This document shows positions 45,361 to 54,279 of a stretch of 64,000 nt of DNA, piece by piece (position 1 is the stretch's first letter; every line of letters starts with the position of its first letter). A program made the position numbers and the translations under genes. Origin of the DNA: an uncultured Chloroflexia bacterium (GTDB taxonomy: Bacteria; Chloroflexota; Dehalococcoidia; SM23-28-2; RBG-16-64-32); NCBI GenBank assembly GCA_963717065.1, contig CAVQVC010000001.1, forward strand, positions 2,385,001 to 2,449,000. Direction: 5' to 3'. The notes under the pieces were generated by a model that was not told the DNA's origin, did no database searches, and was given only the letters and a program-made list of their open reading frames with translations.

Positions 45361-45391
45361 GCTGGCCCTTCGATACCTCAGGATGAGCGAG
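45361..45391 (-). repeat. variant/half copy of the palindromic repeat upstream of purM
   Basis: Coding-strand sense cgctcatcctgaggtatcgaagggccagc. Shares the left arm with the 31-nt element and the atcgaagggcc core with the prmA insert. Confidence 0.5.
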
Positions 45392-45408
45392 AGGCTGGCG
45401 TCCGGGGC

Positions 45409-45506
45409 GTAGGGGCGCAGCACGCGGGTTGGGCGATGGCATCCGACAATCGGGACGGCATCTGCGATCTCAACGTAGTCCGGTAGGCGGCGTGTGCTGC
45501 CCCTAC
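45409..45506. repeat. 98-nt imperfect inverted-repeat element with GTAGGGGC/GCCCCTAC termini
   Basis: GTAGGGGCGCAGCACGC ... GCGTGTGCTGCCCCTAC. Same terminal octamer as 33235..33328. The right arm overlaps the stop of 45503..45970. Confidence 0.55.
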
Positions 45507-45970
45507 GGGCCCCAGACGGAGACGGCCGTCATAACGACGACGAGGAGGGTGGCGAGGCCGCCGAAGATGAGGGGGACCCCCTCGTTGAGGGCGCGTTCAA
45601 GGTCGGGGGCGAGGTCGGGGTTGCGCCGGGCTTTGAGGGCGGCGATGCGGACGCGGCGGAGGCCGGCGCCGATGAGGGGGAGGCAGACGAGGAGGGTGAC
45701 GGCGAAGGCGGCTTCAAGGGCCCAGAGCCACTCGGTGGTGACGAGGTTGTAGCCGGCGGCGGACCAGAAGAACGCGCCGCTGAACCCGGCGGCGATGGCG
45801 CCGGGGACGAGGAGGACGCCCTGGAAGTGGGATGCTTCCTCGACGGCGTGGATGCGCTCTTCGAGGGACTCGGTGCGCATGGCGCGGACGTAGGTGAGCT
45901 GGACGGCGGCGAGGCCCATGACGTACCAGTAGGCGGAGAGGATGTGGGCGAAGAGGAGGAGGGATTCCAT
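45503..45970 (-). CDS. DUF2269-like integral membrane protein
   Basis: 155 aa with four hydrophobic helices; the N-terminus LLFAHILSAYWYVMG is typical of the family. Confidence 0.55.
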   Translation of the reverse strand: MESLLLFAHILSAYWYVMGLAAVQLTYVRAMRTESLEERIHAVEEASHFQGVLLVPGAIAAGFSGAFFWSAAGYNLVTTEWLWALEAAFAVTLLVCLPLIGAGLRRVRIAALKARRNPDLAPDLERALNEGVPLIFGGLATLLVVVMTAVSVWGP

Positions 45971-46060
45971 CTGGGACAGTATAGAGGGTGCGAGGTAGGA
46001 GGTAAGAGGTAGGACGTAGGAGGTGGGAGAACGGGGGTGTGGGCGACCGGCCGGTAGCCC

Positions 46061-47729
46061 CTACGGGCGGGTGGCGCGGGCGGCGCGGCGGGCGTGGGAG
46101 CCGACGGCGGGGGCGGTTTCGCGTGCGCGGGAGCGGTCGGCGGCGGCGGCGATGAAGCCGCTGAAGAGAGGGTGCGGGCGGCCGGGCCGGGAGCGGAATT
46201 CGGGGTGGAACTGAGAGCCGACCATCCAGGGGTGGTCGCGGAGCTCGCAGATCTCGACGAGGGAGCCGTCAGGGAGGGTGCCGCTGGCGATGAGGCCGGC
46301 TTCTTCGAACTCCTGGCGGTATTCGTTGTTGAACTCCCAGCGGTGGCGGTGCCGCTCGGCGACTTCGTCGACGCCGTAGGCGGCGTGTGCCTTCGTACCG
46401 GGGACGAGGCGGCAGGGGTAGCTTCCGAGGCGCATCGTGCCGCCCTTGTCGACGACGCGGCGCTGCTCGTCCAGCAGGGTGATTACGGGGTAGGGCGTCT
46501 CGGGGTCGTTCTCTGTAGTGTTGACGTCCTTCGTGCCGAAGTGATCGCGCGCGAACTCCACCGTCATCACGTGCAGGCCGTAGCAGAGGCCGAGGTAGGG
46601 GACGCCGTTCAGCCGCGCATAGCGGGCGGCTTCGACCTTGCCCTCGAACCCGCGCTCGCCGAATCCACCGGGCACGACGATGCCGTCGACGTCGCCGAGC
46701 ACCGATTCGACGCCGTCGTCCACCAGCGTCTCGGACTGGATCCAGCGCACGTTGATGCCGGCGCTGTGATCGACGCCGGCGTGGATGAGCGACTCCTTGA
46801 CCGAAAGGTAGGCGTCCGGCAGTTCAACGTACTTGCCGACGACGGCCACTTCGAGAATGCGCGCGGGGTTCTGCAACCGCTCGACCCAGGACTTCCATTC
46901 CTCCAGTTCGCGGGAGGCGGGCGGCAGGTCCATTCGGTCGGAGATGTAGTCGGTGAGGCCGGCGTTCTCGAGAACGAGCGGCACCTCGTAGATCGACGGC
47001 ATCGTGAGCAGGGGGATGACGGCGCGCGGCTCGACGTCGCAGAAGAGGGAGATCTTGTCGCGGATGTCGTTGGCGAGCGGAAAGTCGCTGCGGCAGACGA
47101 TGACGTCGGGCTGGATGCCGATGGAGCGCAGCTCGCGGACGCTGTGCTGGGTGGGCTTGGTCTTCAGCTCGCCGGTGGTCGAGATGTGAGGGAGCAGCGT
47201 GACGTGGATGGAAAGCGTGTCGTGGCGGCCCTCTTCGTTGCGCATCTGGCGGATCGCTTCGAGGAACGGCTGGCCCTCGATGTCACCGACCGTGCCGCCG
47301 ACCTCGACGATCACCACGTCCGGCGCCGGCCTCGCGGCCGATGCCGCGGATGCGCTCCTTGATCTCGTTGGTGACGTGGGGGATGGGCTGGATCGTGCGG
47401 CCGAGGTAGTCGCCGCGGCGCTCGCGGGCGATCACGGCCTGGTAGATCTGGCCGGTGGTGATGGAGGAGCCGCGGGTCAGGTCCTGGTCGAGGAAGCGCT
47501 CGTAGTGGCCGAGGTCGAGGTCGGTCTCGGCGCCGTCGGCGGTGACGTAGACCTCCCCGTGCTGGTAGGGGGACATGGTGCCCGGGTCGACGTTGAGGTA
47601 GGGGTCGAGTTTCTGGATGACGACGGGGACGCCGCGGGACTTGAGGAGCCGGCCGATGGCGGCGGTGGTGATGCCCTTGCCTACGCTACTGACCACACCG
47701 CCGGTTACGAATATGTACTTTGTCGCCAA
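46061..47729 (-). pseudogene. pyrG: CTP synthase, 1 apparent frameshift near 47320
   Basis: ORF 47283..47729 ([17 protein letters not shown]...) plus ORF 46061..47317 ([23 protein letters not shown] ... GLCYG ... HRHRWEFN GATase domain). Confidence 0.9.
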
Positions 47730-47796
47730 CTATCCCCTTTCACGGGGGCACCACTTCATCGGCCCAAGAGACATGATAGCGGAGAAGGGAACATCC

Positions 47797-47895
47797 GTTC
47801 AAGGGGATTCGCGGCGGATAGTGGCAGTTACCGGGCGCGGATATCCGTCCATACCGGCTCGGCCAACCCCTCGATCGTTACGACGATCCGTACCG
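47797..47895 (-). repeat. direct repeat A: degenerate duplicate of the 3' end (last about 20 codons + about 30 nt downstream) of gene 50469..52238
   Basis: Encodes ...VVTIEGLAEPVWTDIRAR-stop vs ...IATIEGLAEPVWTDVRVR-stop at 50469. About 75% nt identity by eye, including sequence beyond the stop. Confidence 0.6.
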
Positions 47896-47960
47896 GACGA
47901 TGCATGGCGGCCGGCTGGTTTGGACCCGGATGGCGTAAAATGTGGGCAGGAGGGCGAGCG

Positions 47961-48143
47961 ATGGTGAGCAAACCGGAATTCATGAAGGCGCTGGAAGAAC
48001 TTCCCGCGGACGCCACCGTCGAGGACGCCATCGACCGCCTGTACGTGCTGTTCAAGATCGAACAGGGGGTCGCCGACCTGGACGCGGGGCGTGTTCTGTC
48101 AGAAAGTGAACTGACCCAACGTGTCAAGCAATGGCGGAAGTAA
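47961..48143 (+). CDS. small antitoxin-like protein (addiction-module partner of the downstream RelE/ParE toxin)
   Basis: 60-aa ORF (ATG 47961 after GGCAGGAGGG) overlapping the toxin gene by 13 nt. Confidence 0.55.
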   Translation: MVSKPEFMKALEELPADATVEDAIDRLYVLFKIEQGVADLDAGRVLSESELTQRVKQWRK

Positions 48144-48430
48144 CCTGGTCGGAACAGGCGGTCGCTGACCTCGAGGAAATCCATCGGTTCATCGCCCGGG
48201 ACTCGGTAGCCGCGGCGGAACTGACGATCGAGCGAATACGTGAATCGACGCGACGGCTTTTGACCTTTCCCCGGTCAGGCCGGGCCGTCCCGGAAGCGCC
48301 GGACAGCGAAGTCAGCGAGGTGATCGTTTCGCCGTTTCGGGTGATCTACAGGACTCGAGGGGACGACTTACAGGTGGTCACGGTGCTTCACGGCGCCCGC
48401 GACCTGCGGGCAGGCCGCCTCGACGGCTGA
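48131..48430 (+). CDS. RelE/ParE-family type II toxin
   Basis: 99 aa; W..A..DL..I..FIA..S...A......I......L..FP..GR.VPE.......E.....FRVIYR......L.VV.VLHGARDL pattern. Confidence 0.8.
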   Translation: MAEVTWSEQAVADLEEIHRFIARDSVAAAELTIERIRESTRRLLTFPRSGRAVPEAPDSEVSEVIVSPFRVIYRTRGDDLQVVTVLHGARDLRAGRLDG

Positions 48431-48554
48431 ACCGAAGGCGCCCGACCCGGAGGAGATAACGGCCGTAAGAGTGGGCGGCGCTGGAGGCGTACGAGATGCT
48501 GCCGCATGTGCGCCGCCCTTCGGCTGCGGCCAGGCCGCGCTCAGGGCAGGCTCC

Positions 48555-48655
48555 ATCGTAGATTTCGTTGGCGGCGAGGCGGCGCTGGCCGGTGTAGAGG
48601 TGGTCGGTCGGCACGGGCGCCGTCTGGTACTCGACGCCGCCCCTTCGACTGCTAC
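48555..48655 (-). pseudogene. about 100-nt remnant of an RHS C-terminal core
   Basis: Encodes GGVEYQTAPVPTDHLYTGQRRLAANEIYD, matching GGVEYQTAPAPTDRLYIGQRRLATNEIYD at about 50170..50260. Flanked by an 18-bp direct repeat. Confidence 0.55.
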
Positions 48656-48659
48656 GCGC

Positions 48660-49327
48660 TCAGGGCAGGCTCCCCTGATAAATGTCCTCAAGGTGGCGCC
48701 ACCAAAACGTCGGTGGTAACCAAGGAACTACGAGCTCCTGCAAATGCGTGAGTCCGAACGTGTAAAGATCGCCATCGGGCCCCACCACGCCACCAAGCCG
48801 CGCGATCTGGGGAATCAGCACAGTTTCAAAATGGCGCCGAATCCACTGGCTGTGTGGCTCGAAGAGGTCTTGCAGGTGGATATCGTTCCACACGGAGTCG
48901 GCACCCATCACGAAGAGAGCGCAAACGTCCAGGTCGTTCAGGCAAAGCTCAATATCGGTGCCCGGAGGGTTGTCAACATGACCCTTAAGATTGGCTCCAC
49001 GATCCTGGTGTAGTTCTCAATCGCAACCTGACGCGCCTCGACGGGCGCGTGGTGTAGCCAACCTCGCCACGAGCGTACCGCTTCGTCGGACCATTTATCA
49101 AGCGGCCCCAATCCCCTCGCCTCGGATGCAGACTTAATCAAGTCCAATGCCTCGCCAAGCGCCACAATCCACGCCACGATGCCGAAAATACCGCTCTCGC
49201 CTTCACCACGCAGCGAGTGTCCGAGATCCAGTTCGCGGATCGTCGGCTTGAGTGACTCTAGCTCCCGCGCGAGCCCAGGCGCCGCACGGCGTGATTCGAC
49301 CAAGTCAGGCCAGAGCGGGATCCACAT
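48660..49327 (-). CDS. candidate RHS-toxin immunity protein (two ORFs, possibly one gene with a frameshift near 49000)
   Basis: ORFs 48938..49327 and 48660..48911 lie immediately downstream of, and overlap, the toxin tip in lower-GC DNA. No recognisable domain. Confidence 0.3.
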
Positions 49328-50436
49328 ACTAAGGTGGCCAAGTGAATTTCGAAGAAAGGCTCGACATGGGTATCGCCGTGCGTATTATGTTGTTGGGTCC
49401 AACGACAACTGTAAAGTATCTCGTACTGAGGACCCGTCGTTGGGTTTATTTTAGATACTGGGGTCACATAAGTGCTCACACCCTCAACGGTGTGCACGGG
49501 TTTACCTAGCGTCGCTATCTCGGCGAGCGACCCATCGGAGCCCTTCGTGACCGGACGGTTGATCATTCTGCTGAGCTGCCAACCGTGCTCGTTGAAGTGG
49601 CGCGATAGGTTGGCGTCATGCCACTTCGCACCCGTCATTCCCAACAGCACCGCAGGCGCTGCGTTCCCTATCCTTGTGAAGAATTTTGCAGCGTCGTCTT
49701 GGAGCTCCCACATCGTGACCCATGAGCGAAGCCCTTTGTAGTTGTAGTAACTCCAGAGGCGAAACCGCTGCTCGTGGCTCCATGGGACCTCGTCAACGTT
49801 CCAGCCGATGCTCAAGAAATAGTCCGCGGCCTTAAACGTATCAAGAAGCCACTCGTCGTGTTGGCCAGAACAGTTGCCCGTGGCCCAGAAGCAGTGGGCA
49901 TCCGGGTCGCCGCCAAGCCCAACGATGGGATCTGGGGCCCCCACCGTCCCGATGGCGTCAGCCAAGGGCTCTGGCCCAGAGCTGCTCCTCGGTATGCCGC
50001 ATCCTCCCGGCCCGCCAATGTCCACCATGCAGTGCCCCGTCGGGTCGGTGTACCGCATCGGGTTGTTGACCACATACGAGTAGCGGTTGAGCGCCTGGGG
50101 GTTGCCGGGCTCGGGAACGATGCTGTCGGCCTGGAGGAAGCGGCCCGTGCGCGCGCTGTAGAGGCGCGCGTTCCCGTAATCGTAGATTTCGTTGGTGGCG
50201 AGGCGGCGCTGGCCGATGTATAGGCGATCGGTGGGTGCGGGCGCCGTCTGGTACTCGACGCCGCCGAAGGGATAGTAACGGGTGCGGCTGGCGACGATCG
50301 GCGCCGCGCCATCGGTGATGATCGTGGTGCTTCCCAGGTGGTCGCCGGTGATGTAGTTCAGGGTGCCACCCTTGCGGACGGCGATGCGCTTGCCAGCGGC
50401 ATAGTAGTGCTTGGTAACCTCACCCGTCGTGGTGTT
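49258..50436 (-). pseudogene. orphan (5'-truncated) RHS C-terminal core plus polymorphic toxin tip
   Basis: The frame opens at about 50436 without a start: TKHYYAAGKRIAV...YITGDHLGSTT...RYYPFGG...YDYGNARLYSARTGRFLQADS...NRYSYVVNNPMRYTDPTGH, then a unique tip of about 255 aa (ORF 49258..50073). Confidence 0.7.
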
Positions 50437-50437
50437 C

Positions 50438-50535
50438 GTTCAAGGGATGTGCGGGCGGATAGTAGCAGTTAGCGGACGCGAACATCTGTCCACACGGGCT
50501 CGGCGAGCCCTTCGATCGTGGCGATCCCGTATTCC
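50438..50535 (-). repeat. direct repeat B: authentic 3' end of 50469..52238 plus about 30 nt downstream
   Basis: Pairs with 47797..47895. Together they bracket the TA/RHS islet. Confidence 0.6.
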
Positions 50536-52238
50536 TGCGTCGTCTGCCGGTTGGCCATGACGGCGATCGCGTACGGGTCATCGCCCGATGACAGCGGCGA
50601 GATGAAGCCAACGCTGTTGACCCTCCATCCATCCTCGTCGGGATACCATCCGTCCTTCACACCGACGATTTCCTCGCCGCTCGCGTCTGCGCCCGCGGGG
50701 ACTCCCCATCGCTGACCTGGAATGACGCTCACAAGCATCGCAAGCGCGGCCGCCCTGTGCTCGGCGTTCACGATGTCGCCATAGGCGATTCGCGCCATGA
50801 GAGTGGCCATTCCTCTCGCCGATGCGGTGCTCGTTCCCCAGTAGGGTCCGTTGTAGGGCGTGATCCCCGCGACACCGAGCCTGCTCAAGCAGGCCGCCAC
50901 GCCGGGGCCGCCACCCAAATCTGACCAGAGTGCATCGGTCGCGTCATTGTTACTTTGCGTGATCATCGGCCAGATCAGTGAGAGTTCGTATTCATTCACG
51001 AGCCGTCCCTGTTGCTCGGCGTTCGCCATCACGCATGTCATCACCGCCACCTTGATCACGCTCGCGGTCTCCATCTGCTCGTCGGCGTTGTCCACCCATA
51101 CGGCGCCGTCGTTTGCCGACACCACCGCGATCCCCCTCGGTGGTGCCCGGCCGGGGATAAAGCTCGCGGCTGTCGGCGAAATCTCCCCCAGGGCAGTGTC
51201 GGCGACCGGGGGCAAGCCCTGGAACATCAGCGGTACGCCCTCTGCCAGCTCTGCCGCGGTCTGTGGCGGGCTTACCGGCGTCGGTGCCGGCGTCGGCGTC
51301 GCGGGCGGTTCGGCGAGGTCGTACTCGATCGCGACGTCGATGTCCGAGCCGAGGACGGAGATCACGTTCACGGCGTAGTCCTGCGTTACGGAGAACTCGC
51401 CTTCGAAGGAGGTTGTGTAGTCGCGAAACGGGACGAGTTGGGACTCATCCCCGAGCCCCTGGATCGAGAGCACCGCGCTATCGTTCGCGCTACCGAGGGA
51501 AAGTTCGACGCGCTGACCCTGCGCTCCGCCGATTACGAAGGGAGCGACACCGCGGGCACCCAGCGAACGGCTGATCGTGGTAGCGCCGCCGCCGGTCGGC
51601 GCCAGCGGCTCGGGATTGTACACAAACTCCTGCGGCGGCCGGACTTCTGTCGTTTCCGTCTCTTCGTTCGTTAGCTCCAGCCCCCGGCGGTCGAGTTTGT
51701 ATCGCTGGGTCACTTGCGTCGCTTTACCGGAGGCCGCGTCTGCGGACCCGGTGGGAAACTCCTTGATCACGATCTCCTCGTCCACGATCTCGACCGATCG
51801 GATTACGACGTTGGAGCCGAGTTCGATGAACCCCTCGATATTTGGGTCGCCACGGTCGTTGACGACCGCCACCAGGCTCGTGACCTGCTCTTCGTCGCCT
51901 GAACGCTCCGCCAGGAAGACCGCGGCGTCCTCGCCGCCCTCGCCATCGATGTTCCCGAAGGCGCCCACGTCGACGAGACGTGCATAAGGCTGCGCGTCCT
52001 CACTGTCAGACGCCCGCCCGTTACTGAGGGTGACCTCTTCGTTATCATTCACCGACGACGGATATGTGGCGTTCCGCAGTTGTTGCCAGGTCAGAACCTG
52101 CGCGTCGTCATCGTCGCCGCAGGAAGCGGCAATTGCTGCGGCAACACACGCCAATCCCACGAGTGCGCCTGCGGGGATCCAGTGCTTCACGAATCTGATA
52201 ACGTTCCGTCGCTGGGGCCCGTTAGTGGACTCTGTCAA
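50469..52238 (-). CDS. secreted lipoprotein with C-terminal class-A beta-lactamase-like (serine hydrolase) domain
   Basis: Lipobox AIAASCGDD. N-terminal region of about 330 aa of unknown fold. C-terminal SVIK (SxxK), QSNND (SxN-like) and VKDGW (KxG) motifs. Confidence 0.6.
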   Translation of the reverse strand: MTESTNGPQRRNVIRFVKHWIPAGALVGLACVAAAIAASCGDDDDAQVLTWQQLRNATYPSSVNDNEEVTLSNGRASDSEDAQPYARLVDVGAFGNIDGEGGEDAAVFLAERSGDEEQVTSLVAVVNDRGDPNIEGFIELGSNVVIRSVEIVDEEIVIKEFPTGSADAASGKATQVTQRYKLDRRGLELTNEETETTEVRPPQEFVYNPEPLAPTGGGATTISRSLGARGVAPFVIGGAQGQRVELSLGSANDSAVLSIQGLGDESQLVPFRDYTTSFEGEFSVTQDYAVNVISVLGSDIDVAIEYDLAEPPATPTPAPTPVSPPQTAAELAEGVPLMFQGLPPVADTALGEISPTAASFIPGRAPPRGIAVVSANDGAVWVDNADEQMETASVIKVAVMTCVMANAEQQGRLVNEYELSLIWPMITQSNNDATDALWSDLGGGPGVAACLSRLGVAGITPYNGPYWGTSTASARGMATLMARIAYGDIVNAEHRAAALAMLVSVIPGQRWGVPAGADASGEEIVGVKDGWYPDEDGWRVNSVGFISPLSSGDDPYAIAVMANRQTTQEYGIATIEGLAEPVWTDVRVR

Positions 52239-52239
52239 C

Positions 52240-52875
52240 CTATCCCGCCGGCAGACGCTCGCCTGGAGTGGTCTCGTGACGAACGCGGCGCCAGATCACC
52301 CAACCGATCCCCAGGAGAATCGCTGAACTGGCGCAGGCCATCGCCACCGAGGCGATCGGGAAGTCGGCCAGCGCGGTGCCTATGAAGTAAGCCATGAGGC
52401 ACGTGTAGGTCGCCCATGCGAGGTCGCCGATGAACGACGCCAGCAAGAAACGGGGGTAGGGCATTGGCAACGCGCCCATACCCGCAATGACGGCCCACCT
52501 CACAAACGGCAAGAACCGGCAAACTATGACGAGCACAAAGGAGCTCTGATCGACGACATGCACCATCTTCTTGAACCGCTCGTCCTCCTGTGCTTGGACG
52601 ACGCGTGAGTGAAGCGCGGGCACTGACCGCGCGATCCAGTAGAGCGTGTTGTCGCCGAGCCACGCTCCGAGGAACCCGGCGAAGATCACCAGTCCCAGGT
52701 CGAGCGCGCCGTCACTGGCGAGCACTGAAGCAGTGTTGAGAGTCGTCTCGCCCGGGAAGATGGCGAAGACCGCGTCGCCGAAGACCAGCGCGAACACCGC
52801 GAAATAGGTTCCCGCGTCGTCGCCGGGATCATCGAGGAGGCCGAAGGCGTTCTCGGACAGAGCCATCAGGAGCAC
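52240..52875 (-). CDS. DedA-family membrane protein
   Basis: FPGETTLNTASVLA...GDNTLYWIAR core typical of DedA/SNARE-associated proteins. Confidence 0.8.
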   Translation of the reverse strand: MLLMALSENAFGLLDDPGDDAGTYFAVFALVFGDAVFAIFPGETTLNTASVLASDGALDLGLVIFAGFLGAWLGDNTLYWIARSVPALHSRVVQAQEDERFKKMVHVVDQSSFVLVIVCRFLPFVRWAVIAGMGALPMPYPRFLLASFIGDLAWATYTCLMAYFIGTALADFPIASVAMACASSAILLGIGWVIWRRVRHETTPGERLPAG

Positions 52876-53144
52876 GCCGATGCACGCGAGTCCAAAGACG
52901 GCTGCGCCGACCCACGCGAAGAGCTCTCCATGAAGTGTGTAGGGCCATTAGTCACTCAAACGCCGCATCAGGCATCCGGGTAAATCGGGCCTGTCCAATC
53001 GCTTAGGGCTTAACGGCCCTCGGTCACGAGTGCCGATTCGGCAGGCAGCTGCACGGCTGGCATGCATCTACTGTTGGTGAAATCAGCGAGGTTTGGTATG
53101 GTCGAGCATATTGGCGTGACTATCGCAGCATCGAGGAGTTCGAT

Positions 53145-54249
53145 ATGAGTCTCAGCGACCAGGTTGACGGTGACCGCCTTCTGAAGACGTTCCTCGATCT
53201 CGTGGCCATCGACAGCCCCACCGGCCACGAGGAAGCGATCGGCAAAGAGCTGGAAGGCCGATTCCGCGCTCTGGGCTGCACGGTGCGCCGAGACGATTCC
53301 GGCAACCTCATCGCCACCTATCCCGGCGACCGCGACGAAACCCTCCTCCTGGCCTTCCACATGGACACCGCCGGCACCGACACCGGCATCAAGCCGCAGA
53401 TCCGCGACGGCGTGATCTACTCGGATGGCACCACCATTCTCGGAGCCGACGACAAGTCGGGCCTCGCCCAGGTGCTCGAGCTGCTCGAGCTGCTGAACGC
53501 GCATAAGCCGTCGCATCCCAACCTGGAGATTGTGGTTACGGTCGGCGAGGAGCAGGGCCTTCTCGGCTCGCGCGCGCTCGATATGAGCCAGCTCAAGGCG
53601 AAGTGGGGGCTGGTCTACGATGCCGCCGGCGGCGTCGGCGCGGTAACCTACTGGGCCCCGACAACCGTTTACATCACAGTGACCGTCCACGGAAAGAAGG
53701 TCCACGCCGGCGTCGAGCCCGAAAAGGGCATCAATGCAATGAAGGTTGCCGCCGAGGCAATCGCCGCGATGCCGCTCGGCCGCATTGACCCCGAGACCGT
53801 CGCCAACATCGGCACGATCGAGAGTGGCGAGGCGCGCAACATCGTCCCAGGCGAGGCTCACATGCAGGGTATGGCGCGCAGTCACGACCAGGCGAAGCTC
53901 GATGCCCAGATCGCAGTGATGAAGAAGGCATTCGAGGACGCCGCCGCAGCGCGCCGGAGCCACTGTCGACTTCGTTGCCGAAGAGATGTACCGCACCTAC
54001 AAGATCGACCCGTCCGCGAAGCCCTATCGCGAAGCGGTCCGGGCGATCGAGAGCCTCGGCATCGAGGTGATCCACCGCAAGAGCGGCGGCGGAACGGACG
54101 GCAACAATTTCAACAACGCGGGGATTCCCTGCGTGGCGATGTGCACTGGCATGGTTGACGAACATGCCAACAGCGAGCACATCTCAATCGAGGATCTCAA
54201 CACAGCCGCGAAGATCCTCGTGACGGCAGTGACCCAGGAACCGGAATAG
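53145..54249 (+). pseudogene. M20/M42-family peptidase (peptidase T-like), 1 apparent frameshift near 53960
   Basis: LVAIDSPTGHEE, FHMDTAG, GADDKSGLA, VGEEQGLLGS in ORF 53145... C-terminal GGGTDGNNF in ORF 53986..54249. Confidence 0.8.
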
Positions 54250-54279
54250 TGACTCGGCGCGAGTCCACTAGGAGGGGCC

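Noticed and set aside
47797-50535. Islet as a prophage, IS element or integrative element with its own mobility genes
   Set aside because: I found no integrase, transposase, recombinase, terminal inverted repeats or phage structural genes. Only a duplicated gene end, a TA pair and RHS cassettes are present, so I report it as a decayed insertion or islet.
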